64,000 nt of DNA from Trueperaceae bacterium (lineage in GTDB: Bacteria > Deinococcota > Deinococci > Deinococcales > Trueperaceae), in the NCBI GenBank assembly GCA_965215565.1, contig CBDCDZ010000004.1, positions 1,760,001 through 1,824,000 of the forward strand. Direction: 5' to 3'. The notes beneath the pieces were generated by a model. The model ran no database searches. It was not told where the DNA came from and saw nothing but the letters and a program-made list of their open reading frames with translations. The position numbers and the translations under genes were made by a program. Shown piece after piece: positions 19,334 to 29,852 of this stretch (position 1 is its first letter; every line of letters begins with the position of its first letter).

Positions 19334-20011
19334 TTAGCGCAGAGCACTCCAGTGTCCTACGTAGGTACCGAGAAGGTCGACTTCGGCTAGGTCAGTTAGC
19401 TCGAGCACCCGCTCATCTGACGGCGCAAAAGGACGCAAAAAGAGCGGCGCGTCTCCGACTGGATACCTAAAGATGAGAAGCTGAGCCTCGCCCCGGAGCG
19501 TTCTCGTCCCGACGACGATGTCGCGCGGTTGCAGCGGGGCGTTTACACTTTCCCTCTTTATGATGTTGATAACGACGAGCGCGTCCGGGGACAGCGCGTA
19601 GCGCAGGCGGTCTGTGGCGAAGGTTCGCTCGGACAGCTCGAGCGCCCGTAAATCCTCCCGCTGGTATCCTCCGAATAGAGAGGCTGGCAGCGACACCGAA
19701 CCCAGCGCATTCAACTCAGCGCTGAGCGTCTTGACGGAGACCACCTCCCGCTCAGCGTCGCCAGGATCGTTCTCGCTCAAGACGCCGTAGAATACGGCGG
19801 GCTCCATGTCGAGTAGCGTCCGCAAGCTCTCCAGACGGTCGAAGCTGAGCTGCCCTACCCCGTAATCGTTCGACTCGATCTTCTGCACCATCGACGGGCT
19901 CACGCCCCACAGCTCCGCGAAGCGCTTTTGCGTCACGCCCAAGTAGGCGCGCCAGCGCTTGACCCAGAAGGGAAAGGTCTCGGTTTGGGAGGCGCGGTTG
20001 CCCAGAGCCAT
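19334..20011 (-). CDS. XRE-family HTH regulator with an uncharacterised C-terminal domain
   Basis: VKRWRAYLGVTQKRFAELWGVSPSMVQKIES HTH. Confidence 0.8.
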   Translation of the reverse strand: MALGNRASQTETFPFWVKRWRAYLGVTQKRFAELWGVSPSMVQKIESNDYGVGQLSFDRLESLRTLLDMEPAVFYGVLSENDPGDAEREVVSVKTLSAELNALGSVSLPASLFGGYQREDLRALELSERTFATDRLRYALSPDALVVINIIKRESVNAPLQPRDIVVGTRTLRGEAQLLIFRYPVGDAPLFLRPFAPSDERVLELTDLAEVDLLGTYVGHWSALR

Positions 20012-20379
20012 AAGAAAATACCACCGTCACGTTAAGACCGTTACGTCAAGAGATACCTTTACAGCGTAACGGCTTTTCGGGGGGAAGACAAGAGGTGCGG
20101 TAGGGCAAATGGCGCAGAACGCCCGCCATAAAACGCCTGTTGTAGAGCGTTGAGAGGGGGAAGAACAGAGAAGAGTCTTTTTTACTGCTCAACCTCTTCA
20201 CCACACGATCATCTGGCAAGGGTCCTAAGTCGAATGCCGCTGTGTGCTTCTTCTACCCATGTGACGTAACAAGGGGTTTCAACCCCTTGTTTTGACACCC
20301 GTGTCATTCCAGATAGAGCGACTACCTTCTATTCTTTTCACATGGTATCTTCGTCGGTCGACTTATGCGCCCAACACGT

Positions 20380-21309
20380 TCAGCTCATGAGGACGACGAC
20401 GGACGATACCCTGCCCTTAGTAAAGACGGGGATGCCGACGGCGGTTTCTAGACCCATGTTAGCGGCGAGACGGTAGTGTGGCAGCTTAGCGTCCGCTAAG
20501 TGATGAAGCACCGGAGAGCGCTCCGCGTAGACCTCGCCGGGAAGGTCTTGACTTTGGACTGACGCGCGACTCGAGCGCTCTAACGCACCATGCTCCCCGT
20601 AGTAGCCCGCGCTCAGGCTGAAGGCGCGTCCGTCGGGCTCCCAGATTTCGATCACTTGCGCTAGCGGGTTCGCGCGTGAGGTGAGGAGCAACACGGCGCT
20701 CTTAGCGGTGTCGCCCTCGAGCACCGGCAACCCTAAGCCCGCGCTCAGCCCCGCTTTCGCTGCCGCTTCAGCGCGCACAAAACCGCCGTCACGACTTAAA
20801 CCGTTAAACAGTACCGGACGCCGCGCGTCGAAGGCCTGCCCCGGCAACCCCTCCAAGACCGAGAAGCGCGTCTGCCAACTCAGCCGCTCGAACTCGCACA
20901 GACCGCCGTAGAAGCCCGCGCTCAGGGCAAGCTTGCCGACCGCGTCGGGAGACCAGATTTCGAAGACGCTAGAGCGCGTCTCCGAGGTTGCAAAGAGCAA
21001 GGTGACCACCGCCTCCACCTCGCCTCTCGGCATGATAGGCAGCCCGATGCCCGCCGTGAAGCCCGCCTCTTGCGCCGCCTCGGAGCGCACGAACCCGTCC
21101 GCCGCGCCCAGCTTCGTGAAAATCTGCGGCGCTCGGCTCGCCCAGACCTGACCGGGCAAGCCTTCAGAGGGTGCAAACGTCATACCGAGGCTCGCCCGCT
21201 CGAACGAGGCGTGAGGTCCGTACGCGCCGCGCTTTAGCGCTAGACACCCCGCCCCGTTCGGCGTCCAAATCTCAACCGCTTGCATGAGGCTTTTAAGCGC
21301 CGTTTTCAT
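20380..21309 (-). CDS. Stand-alone tandem GAF-domain protein
   Basis: Three repeats of EIW.P...L..G.YG...F...EGLPG.V....P...GIP; no output domain. Confidence 0.85.
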   Translation of the reverse strand: MKTALKSLMQAVEIWTPNGAGCLALKRGAYGPHASFERASLGMTFAPSEGLPGQVWASRAPQIFTKLGAADGFVRSEAAQEAGFTAGIGLPIMPRGEVEAVVTLLFATSETRSSVFEIWSPDAVGKLALSAGFYGGLCEFERLSWQTRFSVLEGLPGQAFDARRPVLFNGLSRDGGFVRAEAAAKAGLSAGLGLPVLEGDTAKSAVLLLTSRANPLAQVIEIWEPDGRAFSLSAGYYGEHGALERSSRASVQSQDLPGEVYAERSPVLHHLADAKLPHYRLAANMGLETAVGIPVFTKGRVSSVVVLMS

Positions 21310-21442
21310 CTCTAAACAATATAGGGAATAGACGCTAGCGTCAACGCGCAAGTTGCCGACAAGCCGTTTGCTGAAGAACGCTCAGCAAGTTTTTCAACAT
21401 TACGTTCAAAACGTTGCCCTCAATTTAGCAACTTACTAGCTT

Positions 21443-21895
21443 TTACTTTGACGCTACTCGAGGGCGCAGCCGAGCTGCAACATCGTTCATTGCCGCTTCG
21501 CTCACTCGTTCTTCTGCTGACCCCGAGTACCCAAACACTCCTGTCGCACGGTATTCGGCAGGCATGTCCGCCATGCGCGGGACTACGTGAAAATGCACGT
21601 GCGGATGCTCGGGGTGCTCGGCGAACTGAATCGCGTAGGTCTTCTCGCAACCGACGACCTCTTTGAGCGCGCGGGAGCTTCTGCGCAGCAAGGAGCCAAG
21701 CTCTATAGCCTCTTCTTCTGTGAATTCATCGATCGACGAGAGGTGGCGTCGCACCACCAGCACGAGCCAACCGAGTAGAGAGGTGTCGTAGTTGTGAACC
21801 ACATCCCAGAAAGGCGTGCGCAAAATTTCGTCCCACGGGGGCGCATCGCCGCTGTCTCTGCGCGCGATAAGCTCACAAGTTTTGCAGCCTTGCAT
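21443..21895 (-). CDS. HIT-family protein
   Basis: CKTC N-terminus and HPHVHFHVVPR histidine triad. Confidence 0.9.
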   Translation of the reverse strand: MQGCKTCELIARRDSGDAPPWDEILRTPFWDVVHNYDTSLLGWLVLVVRRHLSSIDEFTEEEAIELGSLLRRSSRALKEVVGCEKTYAIQFAEHPEHPHVHFHVVPRMADMPAEYRATGVFGYSGSAEERVSEAAMNDVAARLRPRVASK

Positions 21896-22008
21896 TCAAA
21901 CCTCCTGATGGCGCGAAAGGACGACGCCGGGTACGTGCTCTGTAGGGGCAATTCATACGGCAATGCACATGTACCCCCTACGCCGTGCCGCGAGCCTAGC
22001 CCGTTAGT

Positions 22009-23394
22009 TCAGCGCCCCACCATCTGCTCCGGCACCACCATCTCGTCGAACTGTTCTTCTGTAAGGATATCCAACTCCACTGCCGCCTCTTTCAAGGTCA
22101 ACCCCTGCGCGTGCGCCGTCTTAGCAATTTTGGCGGCTTTGTCGTAGCCGATGTGGTTGTTCAAAGCCGTCACGAGCATGAGCGAGTTGTTGAGGTGTGA
22201 CTCTATGCGCCCTTCATTCGGCTCGATGCCCACCGCGCAGTTGTCATTGAACGATTGACAGGCGTCTCCTAGAAGCTGCGCCGAGGTGAGCAGGTTATAG
22301 ATCATCACGGGCTTAAAGACGTTGAGCTGAAAGTGCCCCTGCATTCCGCCGACAGTAATCGCTGTGTCGTTGCCGATGACCTGCGCGCAGACCATCGTCA
22401 TCGCTTCGGCTTGGGTCGGGTTGACCTTGCCCGGCATGATAGACGAGCCGGGCTCGTTTTCGGGAATGAGGATTTCGCCAATACCGCAACGGGGACCGGA
22501 GGCTAAGAGGCGGACGTTGTTCGCAATCGTCATGAGGCTCGCCGCCAAGCGTTTGAGCGCCCCGGACGCTTCCACCACCGCGTCATGCGCGGAGAGCGCT
22601 TCGAACTTGTTCTCCGCCGTCACGAAAGGATACCCGGTCTCCTCGGCAATCTTCTCAGCAACCCGCTCCGCGAAGCCTTCTGGCGTATTGAGACCCGTGC
22701 CGACAGCGGTGCCGCCCAGCGCCAACTCGCGCAGGTGCTCTAAGCTGTTCTCCACCGCCTCCATCCCCTTGCGAAGCTGCGCGGCGTAGCCCGACAGCTC
22801 CTGACCGAGCGTTACGGGCGTCGCGTCCATGAGGTGCGTGCGCCCGATTTTGACCACGTCCATATACTGCTCGGACTTATCACGGAAGGTGCCCTCGAGC
22901 GTCAAGACTTTAGGCAGCATCCCCTCGACTAACGCGGTGTACGCCGCGATGTGCATGGCGGTAGGAAAGGTGTCGTTCGACGACTGCGACTTGTTCACGT
23001 CGTCGTTGGGGTGAACGGGCGTCTTGCTACCCAACTCGCCGCCCCTAATTTCAATAGCCCGGTTCGCGACGACTTCGTTTACGTTCATGTTCGACTGCGT
23101 GCCCGAGCCCGTCTGCCACACGACGAGCGGGAAATGTTCGTCGAGCTTGCCCGCCGAGGTTTCGTCGCAGACCTGCGCGATGAGGTCGGCTTTTTCTTGC
23201 GGAAAGTCGGTCAGTTCGGCGTTGGTTAAGGCGGCGGCTTTTTTCAGCACGGCGAAGGCGCGGATGACCTCTAAAGGCATCGTCTGTCCGCCGATTTTGA
23301 AGTTTTCTAAGGAGCGTTGGGTTTGTGCACCCCAATATTTATTACTCGGAACGTCAATCTCACCCATCGTGTCTTTTTCAGTTCGGTAGTCCAT
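22009..23394 (-). CDS. fumC: Class II fumarate hydratase
   Basis: [35 protein letters not shown]. Confidence 0.98.
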   Translation of the reverse strand: MDYRTEKDTMGEIDVPSNKYWGAQTQRSLENFKIGGQTMPLEVIRAFAVLKKAAALTNAELTDFPQEKADLIAQVCDETSAGKLDEHFPLVVWQTGSGTQSNMNVNEVVANRAIEIRGGELGSKTPVHPNDDVNKSQSSNDTFPTAMHIAAYTALVEGMLPKVLTLEGTFRDKSEQYMDVVKIGRTHLMDATPVTLGQELSGYAAQLRKGMEAVENSLEHLRELALGGTAVGTGLNTPEGFAERVAEKIAEETGYPFVTAENKFEALSAHDAVVEASGALKRLAASLMTIANNVRLLASGPRCGIGEILIPENEPGSSIMPGKVNPTQAEAMTMVCAQVIGNDTAITVGGMQGHFQLNVFKPVMIYNLLTSAQLLGDACQSFNDNCAVGIEPNEGRIESHLNNSLMLVTALNNHIGYDKAAKIAKTAHAQGLTLKEAAVELDILTEEQFDEMVVPEQMVGR

Positions 23395-23509
23395 TGTTCC
23401 TCCGTGTTAGACCATATCTCAAAGTGTTGTATGGAACAGGTAGCTACGCTGATAGGTCATACTCAGAGAGGTTTGAGGAGCCTCAAGCTGACACCTCCCT
23501 GACCCTCAC

Positions 23510-23539
23510 TTGACATGCTAGAACGCAAGTTCATATGAT
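23510..23539 (+). promoter_or_regulatory. Sigma70-like promoter of the Ugp-like operon
   Basis: TTGACA-N18-TATGAT upstream of an AAGGAG RBS. Confidence 0.55.
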
Positions 23540-23572
23540 ATGTTCACAGTCCAATCAAAGGAGAATAATCTG

Positions 23573-24866
23573 ATGAAGCGTCCTTTAACCGTCGTGCTGG
23601 TATCTCTTCTTGCCGCGCTCAGCTTCGCGAGCGCTCAGACCACTATCGAATTCTGGCACGCCTTTGGCGACGAAGCGCGCAGCGGCTGGATCGAGCGAGC
23701 GCGCCGCCGAGTGGAGCGAGCAGAATCCCGAATTCAACGTCGTAGTCGAGAGCAAAGCCTCCTACCGCGAAACCTTGGACGGCGCAGTTTTAGCCGCGCG
23801 GCAGGGCGAGCCACCCCACGTCGTGCAAGTCTTCGAGGTCGGTAGCCAGATTGCGGTCGACTCCGGGCTGTTCGAGCCAGTCGGACAAATCGGTGACTTC
23901 AGCACCGACGATTACATTCAACCTGTGCTGAACTACTACACGATTGACGGCACGGTCAACTCGATTCCTTTCAACTCGTCGAACCCGATTCTCTACATGA
24001 ACGAAGACTTGATGAACGAGGCGGGGCTCGACCTAGAGAACCCGCCGCAGACGTACGGTGAAGTCTTGGAGGCGTGTCAAACGGCGGAAGAGGCGGGCGT
24101 CAGCGCGAACTGCATCGGCTTTAACCTTCACTCCTGGTTCTTCGAGCAGTGGATGGCGCAGCAAGGCGCACTTTTAGCGAACAACAACAACGGGCGCGAC
24201 GGGCGAGCCACCGAAGTTTTGCTGACGAGCGACGCGGCTAAAAACATCGCGAGTTGGATTAAAGAACTCAATGACAACGACTACTACACCTACACGGGCG
24301 TACTGGAAGATTGGTCGGGCAGCGACGCGATTTTCACCGAGGGCAACGCGATGTTTCACATCACCTCGACGGCGGATATCGGCAACATCGTGAGCGCGGC
24401 GGGCGATTCGTTCACCGTTGGCACGGGGCTCTTGCCTATCGCGGACGACGCGGAGCGCACGGGCGTCATCGTCGGCGGGGCAAGCGTGTGGATCATGCAA
24501 GACCACCCGGAAGAGGAACTCGAGGCTGCTAGAGACTTCGTGCTGTACATGACCAACACCGAAAACATGGAGAGCTGGCACAAGCTGACGGGCTACTTCC
24601 CGGTGCGCACCTCGTCGGTGGAGGCGTTAGAGTCCGAGAACTGGTTCGACGATAACCCGCGCTTCGAGGTGGCGTTTGACCAGCTCGAGAACACCGAGAC
24701 CGTTCCCGCCACGGCGGGCGCACTCATGGGACCCTTCCCCGAAATCCGCACCATCATCGAAGAAGCGATTCAGAAGGTCTTAAACGGTCAAGAGGTGGAC
24801 GCGGCGTTAGAAGAGGCGAAGCGTCTAGCGGATAATGCTCTGGAGCAGTACAACAGCAATTTCTGA
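23573..24866 (+). pseudogene. UgpB-like ABC solute-binding protein with a +1 frameshift near 23696
   Basis: Signal peptide + IEFWHAFG in one frame, ERAAEWSEQNPEF...PFNSSNPILY...VGGASVW...TGYFPV in the next; removing one base restores GWIEERAAEW. May be an assembly error. Confidence 0.85.
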
Positions 24867-24899
24867 GTAGCGAGCCACTACAAAATGATGCAGCGCTGT

Positions 24900-24928
24900 G
24901 TAGGGGTGGGTTTGAAATCCACCCCTAC
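24900..24928. repeat. GTAG REP-like palindrome
   Basis: GTAGGGGTGGGTTTGAAATCCACCCCTAC after the solute-binding gene. Confidence 0.8.
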
Positions 24929-25140
24929 GCCGCCGTAAAGCGTATCTTAACGGTCATTACAGCCCAACCGTGTTGAGGTTGGACTATTCAAGTTGCACCT
25001 CGAGACAACGTTCATATTTTTTGGCTTTTGGTGAAGGCACGCTCTAATCTAATGTCTGCAGGAATCATCGCTTTAGAACGTCCAAATTGGCGCTTTCTAC
25101 ACGGAGGGCTACAACTAGATGATACCTGTTTGGAGGTTTC

Positions 25141-26070
25141 ATGCAGGAAAATCCTGTGTTCAAAAGCTCGAGGACAGCTTGGCTGCTCCTCGCACCGTCG
25201 CTCGTCATCCTGACGCTTTTCCTCTACTACCCTGCGCTCCAGTCGTTTGTGATTAGCCTCTATAGAAGCAACCTGATTTTGGGCACGCGCCGTTTCATCG
25301 GTCTGGAGAACTTTCAGGCGCTCTTTGCGGGTCCGCTCGCGCCGATGTACCGCCAAGTGATCGTTCAGAGCCTCCTCTTTAGCGTCGCGGTAGTAGGGCT
25401 CGGTCTCAGTGTAAGCCTTGCATTGTCGGTTCTCGCGAATCAAAACGTGAGTGGCGCTCGCGTGTACCGCCTGCTCCTTATCTGGCCCTTCGCGCTCTCC
25501 CCTGCTGTCGCAGGCACTATTTTCTCGTTTCTTTTCAACCCCGAAGTGGGCGCGGTCAATCAGCTTTTAGACGCGACATTAGGCATCAAACCGCGCTGGC
25601 TCGACACGCCCGTGTTGGCGTTCGGTCTGGTCGTGCTCGCTTCGATCTGGAAGAACATCGGTTATAACATCGTCTTCTATCTGGCGGCGCTGCAAAACAT
25701 CCCCGGCAGCCTCACTGAAGCCGCCGAAATCGACGGCGCGAACGCTTGGCAGCGCTTCTGGTCCATCACCTTCCCGCTCTTGAGCCCGATGACCTTCTTT
25801 CTGGTCTTTACGAACCTCACCTATAGTTTTTTCGAAACGTTCGGACTCATCGATATTTTGACGCGGGGCGGTCCCGTCGGACCCGAACCTTTAGACAACG
25901 CGGGGCTCACCACGACGATGATCTACAGGCTCTACCAGGACGGTTTCGGCGGCAACGGCAACTTGGGCTTCGCGGCGGCGCAAGGGGTGGTGCTTCTGAT
26001 GACGGTGGCAGCCGTCACCGTTTTGCAGTTCCGCTACGGCAGCCGCAACGTGCAGTACGGCGGCAACTAA
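25141..26070 (+). CDS. Carbohydrate ABC permease (UgpA-like)
   Basis: EAAEIDGANAWQRFWSITFPLLSP EAA loop; RTAWLLLAPS. Confidence 0.92.
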   Translation: MQENPVFKSSRTAWLLLAPSLVILTLFLYYPALQSFVISLYRSNLILGTRRFIGLENFQALFAGPLAPMYRQVIVQSLLFSVAVVGLGLSVSLALSVLANQNVSGARVYRLLLIWPFALSPAVAGTIFSFLFNPEVGAVNQLLDATLGIKPRWLDTPVLAFGLVVLASIWKNIGYNIVFYLAALQNIPGSLTEAAEIDGANAWQRFWSITFPLLSPMTFFLVFTNLTYSFFETFGLIDILTRGGPVGPEPLDNAGLTTTMIYRLYQDGFGGNGNLGFAAAQGVVLLMTVAAVTVLQFRYGSRNVQYGGN

Positions 26071-26083
26071 TGGGAGGTAACTG

Positions 26084-26980
26084 ATGAGAAGTAACAAACC
26101 CCGCCCCCTCATCCACATCCTGCTCATCATAAGCTGCTTCATCATCTGCGCGCCGATCCTCTTTGCGCTTATCAAAGCGACGCAGGCGAGGGGGGAGGTG
26201 GTCTCGCCGAGCCTCGTTCCGGGCGGCGAACTCTGGAGCAACATCCGCGCGGTGTGGCAAGGGGCGAACTTGGGCGTGTTCATGCGCAACTCGCTCATCA
26301 TCGCGTTCACGGTCACGGTGGGTAAGACCATCCTCTCGCTCATGGCGGGGATGGCGCTCGTCTTTTTCCGCATCCCGTTTAAGCCGTTCGTCTTCTCCTT
26401 CATCCTTTTCACCCTGATGATGCCCACTGAGGTCCTCATCGTCGGACTCTTTGACCTCGTGTCGCAGCAGCCACCTGATTCGTGGGAAGCGTGGTGGGAC
26501 TGGCTCAGCGATCCGCTGGCGATCCTCACGCGCCCCACCGAATACGGCTTCGGCTGGTCGAACACGTACTGGGCGATCATCGTGCCTTTTCTAGCCTCCG
26601 CGACGGGGACGTTCTTGTTCCGGCAGCACTTCATGTCCATCCCGACGAGTTTAGCTGACGCCGCCAAGATGGACGGCGCGAGCCCCTTGCGCTTCCTCTG
26701 GAGCATCCTCATCCCGATGAGTTGGAATACCATCGGGGCATTGGCGGTCATCCAGTTCGTCTACGTGTGGGACCAGTATCTGTGGCCCTTGGTCATCATC
26801 CGGCGCGAGAGCAAGCAGGTGATTCAGGTCGGGCTCAACCTCATCATCAGCACGGGCGAGGGGACGCAGTGGGGCTACGTGATGGCGGGGGCGCTGCTGG
26901 CGCTCATTCCGCCCCTCATTATCTTCGTAATTTTACAAGAGCAGTTTATGCGAGGTTTTGCGCTCTCGTCGGAGAAGTGA
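26084..26980 (+). CDS. Carbohydrate ABC permease (UgpE-like)
   Basis: SATGTFLFRQHF, DAAKMDGASPLRF, WDQYLWPL. Confidence 0.92.
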   Translation: MRSNKPRPLIHILLIISCFIICAPILFALIKATQARGEVVSPSLVPGGELWSNIRAVWQGANLGVFMRNSLIIAFTVTVGKTILSLMAGMALVFFRIPFKPFVFSFILFTLMMPTEVLIVGLFDLVSQQPPDSWEAWWDWLSDPLAILTRPTEYGFGWSNTYWAIIVPFLASATGTFLFRQHFMSIPTSLADAAKMDGASPLRFLWSILIPMSWNTIGALAVIQFVYVWDQYLWPLVIIRRESKQVIQVGLNLIISTGEGTQWGYVMAGALLALIPPLIIFVILQEQFMRGFALSSEK

Positions 26981-27003
26981 ACAACAGGTCTCAGCCGTGA
27001 GGC

Positions 27004-27062
27004 TAGCGGGATGTCATCTGGTCATTAACGCTCTCTCGAGATGATGATCAAGTGGTACCTGC
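27004..27062 (-). repeat. Truncated copy (F) of the 111 bp element
   Basis: TAGCGGGATGTCATCTGGTCA...TACCTGC matches the reverse complement of the element's right end. Confidence 0.55.
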
Positions 27063-27107
27063 GCCTACTCAAGTGCGTTGCGAAGCTACCTCATCCTCTC
27101 TTAGTAT

Positions 27108-27218
27108 TAGCAGTTCCAAAACATACTGAGACAGATGAGCGCAGGCATCATCACCAAATGTACGTGTTAAACGTCGCTTCGGACAGTAAGAGTGTTTCAA
27201 ACCAGATGATACCTGCTA
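27108..27218 (+). repeat. 111 bp dispersed element, copy B
   Basis: TAGCAG...CTGCTA termini; near-identical to 8986-9096. Confidence 0.9.
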
Positions 27219-27349
27219 CATAACTCGCAAGATTCTCGGTTCGTGCGTTGCCGATAGAAACATCCGCCCCGGGAGGGAGTGGTAGGCTGTCAGGAAGTTC
27301 AGCCACGTAGGGAGTCTATGGACGTATCTAAAGACAGCGCAAAAGAAAC

Positions 27350-28315
27350 GTGACGAAAACCGAAAGTGCCACCTTTACCGATTTCGCCAAGAGGTTCAGC
27401 GAGCTTAGGCGCACCATCGGGCGGGTCATCTTGGGGCAAGAGGGCATCGTCGAAGATTTGCTCATCGTCGTTTTGGCGGGGGGTCACGCGCTCATCGAGG
27501 GCGCGCCGGGGCTCGGCAAGACGCGGCTGGTGCGCGCCTTTTCCGAGGCGACGCAGCTCTCTTTTGGGCGCGTGCAGTTCACCCCTGACCTCATGCCCGC
27601 CGACGTGACGGGAACGACGATTTTACTCGAGCAAGAGGGCGCGTCCCGCTTCGAGTTTCAGCCCGGCCCGGTCTTTACCAACGTGCTTTTGGCCGACGAG
27701 ATCAACCGCGCCACCCCCAAAACACAGTCGTCTTTGCTCGAGGCGATGCAAGAGCGCTCCGTGACGGTCTCGGGCACCGTCCACGCGCTGCCGCGCCCCT
27801 TTATCGCGCTCGCTACGCAAAACCCCCTGGAGATGGAGGGGACCTACCCGCTGCCCGAGGCGCAGCTCGACCGCTTCTTGTTCAAGCTCCTCATCGAGCG
27901 CCCTGACGCGGAGACCTTGCGCCGCATCTTAGAGGCGACGACGGGCGGCGAAGAGGTGACGCTCGAGCCGATCTTCAGCCAAGCCGACCTCTTGAACTTG
28001 CAGCGGATGCTCCGCGCGGTGCCGGTGGCGAGCCGCGCGCTGGAGTACGTCGTCGCGCTCGTCGAGGCGACGCACGCGCACCCGCTCGTGCGCTTAGGCT
28101 CTTCGCCGAGAGGCGCGCAGGCGATGGTCTTAGCGGCGAAGGGCTACGCGCTCGCCGCCGGACGCCCCAACGTCGAGCTAGAGGACATCCGCCGCGCCGC
28201 CCTGCCCGCGCTGCGCCACCGCATCCTCCTGAGCTTCGAGGCGGAAGTCGAGGGGGCTGATACCGACAGCGTGATAGGCGAGGTGCTTAGAGAGACCGGA
28301 AAGGGAAAAAGATAA
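27350..28315 (+). CDS. MoxR-family AAA+ ATPase
   Basis: GAPGLGKT, RVQFTPDLMPAD, LADEINRA, ATQNPLEMEGTYPLPEAQLDRF. Confidence 0.97.
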   Translation: MTKTESATFTDFAKRFSELRRTIGRVILGQEGIVEDLLIVVLAGGHALIEGAPGLGKTRLVRAFSEATQLSFGRVQFTPDLMPADVTGTTILLEQEGASRFEFQPGPVFTNVLLADEINRATPKTQSSLLEAMQERSVTVSGTVHALPRPFIALATQNPLEMEGTYPLPEAQLDRFLFKLLIERPDAETLRRILEATTGGEEVTLEPIFSQADLLNLQRMLRAVPVASRALEYVVALVEATHAHPLVRLGSSPRGAQAMVLAAKGYALAAGRPNVELEDIRRAALPALRHRILLSFEAEVEGADTDSVIGEVLRETGKGKR

Positions 28316-28349
28316 CGGTATTTACGTCTGACCCATTTTAGGCTCTCTT

Positions 28350-28844
28350 ATGGAAACGAACTACCTGCCCCAAAATACAGACGCTTTCTACCGTCACACC
28401 CAACGTGCCCCGGCGCTGAGCTGGCTCTTTCTCCTGCTCACCGGTAGCGTCTTCATCTTAATGTTAGCGTATCCAAGTTTGCCCTTCGAGCCCCTGCTCC
28501 TCTTGCTGACACTCATCGGCGGGCTGCTCTACACCTTTTCCACCGTCACCGTCGAAGTGGCGCGGGAGCGCGTGATCGTGTGGTTCGGGCTGCCGATTGA
28601 CCGGGTGGCGATTCCGGTGGAGAACATCATAGAGCACCGAGAGGTCGCGATACCCGCGTGGCGCAAAACGGGGCTGCGCTTTTCCACTGACGCTTCTCGC
28701 TGGCTCTTCGGCTTGCTGAGCCCGGCAGGAGTCGAGCTTCAACTGGCGGACGGGCGCTCCGTCACCATCGGCACGGATAAGCCCGAGGAGCTTCACGCCG
28801 CCATCTCCAAAGCGACGCTACACAAGGCGTTTGAACGCGCCTAG
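28350..28844 (+). CDS. Membrane protein with a bacterial PH-like domain
   Basis: Two TM helices, then IPVENI...GVELQLADGRSVTIGTDKPEEL. Confidence 0.7.
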   Translation: METNYLPQNTDAFYRHTQRAPALSWLFLLLTGSVFILMLAYPSLPFEPLLLLLTLIGGLLYTFSTVTVEVARERVIVWFGLPIDRVAIPVENIIEHREVAIPAWRKTGLRFSTDASRWLFGLLSPAGVELQLADGRSVTIGTDKPEELHAAISKATLHKAFERA

Positions 28845-28935
28845 TTATACGGAATTGCATGACTTACTTGTTCTTACTGAGGGCGTTAGAGCTTACCATC
28901 ACAGATGGGCATAACTTTGTTTTGCAAACAAAGTT

Positions 28936-29826
28936 ATGCAACCTCGTATTATGATTTCGCCTCGCTCCCGCGCCCTCTTAGAGCGCTACACGTTGGCCTC
29001 GCGCGCGCTCAGCCGCACCTCCGGGGAGCGCTTGGCGAGCGAGGCGGGGCAAAGCGTCGAGTTTCACGACTTCCGCCCGTACGGTCCGGGCGACGAACTG
29101 CGCTACGTGGACTGGAAGGTCTACGGGCGTACGGGCAGGCTATACACGCGGCTCTACCAGGCGGAGCGCAACATCGCGGTGCATATTTTGCTAGACTCGA
29201 GCCCCAGCATGGCGCTCGGCAACAAACTCGCTTACGCCCGCATCGTCGCGCAACTTTTGGCTTACGCCGCGCAGGGCTCCGCCGCCCAGATTCACCTCTT
29301 TAACGGCGAGGCGAGCAGGCCGCTCACGGGCAAGCAGCAGGTCCCGGCGGCGTGGTCGTTTATCGACGACGCGCCTGCGCTGAGCGGCGAGTTGCCACCC
29401 AGCACCGCCATCAAAAACTTCGCCTTGCGCTCGCGTTTCGAGGCAGGCACAGGTCTAGCGCTCATCATCTCCGACCTCTTCGACGAGGAGCCCTTACAAA
29501 AGGCGCTCGTCGCGCTGCGAGCGCGCAAGCTCGACGCGAGCTTTTTGCAGCTCATGTCGGTGGGCGACTTGGAACCAGGTGAGGGACGCTTGGAGGTGGT
29601 AGACGCCGAGAGCGGCGCGCGTCTCACCGTTGGACCCGATGAGGTGCGGGCGTACCGGCAAGCCGTCGCTGGTTTCATCGAGCGCACCCGCAAGACCGTC
29701 TTACAGGCAGGCTTTCGCCACACGCTCCTTAGAGTCGGCAGCGAAGACCCGGAACGAGAACAAGAGGTCTTGGAGCGGAGCGCCTTCGCCGCGCTCCTAA
29801 AAGCGGGGATTTTAATTCGGCGTTAG
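28936..29826 (+). CDS. DUF58 domain protein (MoxR partner)
   Basis: GQSVEFHDFRPYGPGDELRYVDWKVYGRT, LDSSPSM. Confidence 0.95.
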   Translation: MQPRIMISPRSRALLERYTLASRALSRTSGERLASEAGQSVEFHDFRPYGPGDELRYVDWKVYGRTGRLYTRLYQAERNIAVHILLDSSPSMALGNKLAYARIVAQLLAYAAQGSAAQIHLFNGEASRPLTGKQQVPAAWSFIDDAPALSGELPPSTAIKNFALRSRFEAGTGLALIISDLFDEEPLQKALVALRARKLDASFLQLMSVGDLEPGEGRLEVVDAESGARLTVGPDEVRAYRQAVAGFIERTRKTVLQAGFRHTLLRVGSEDPEREQEVLERSAFAALLKAGILIRR

Positions 29827-29852
29827 CGCTCTCTGCGGTAAACTAGGCTCAC

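Noticed and set aside
20268..20291. AACAAGGGGTTTCAACCCCTTGTT palindrome as a third REP family
   Set aside because: Only one copy in the window; cannot be distinguished from a terminator.
25891..26751. Long antisense ORFs (also 14695-15324, 43895-44551, 47586-48227, 48977-49594)
   Set aside because: They lie opposite well-supported genes; expected in high-GC DNA and without recognisable motifs.
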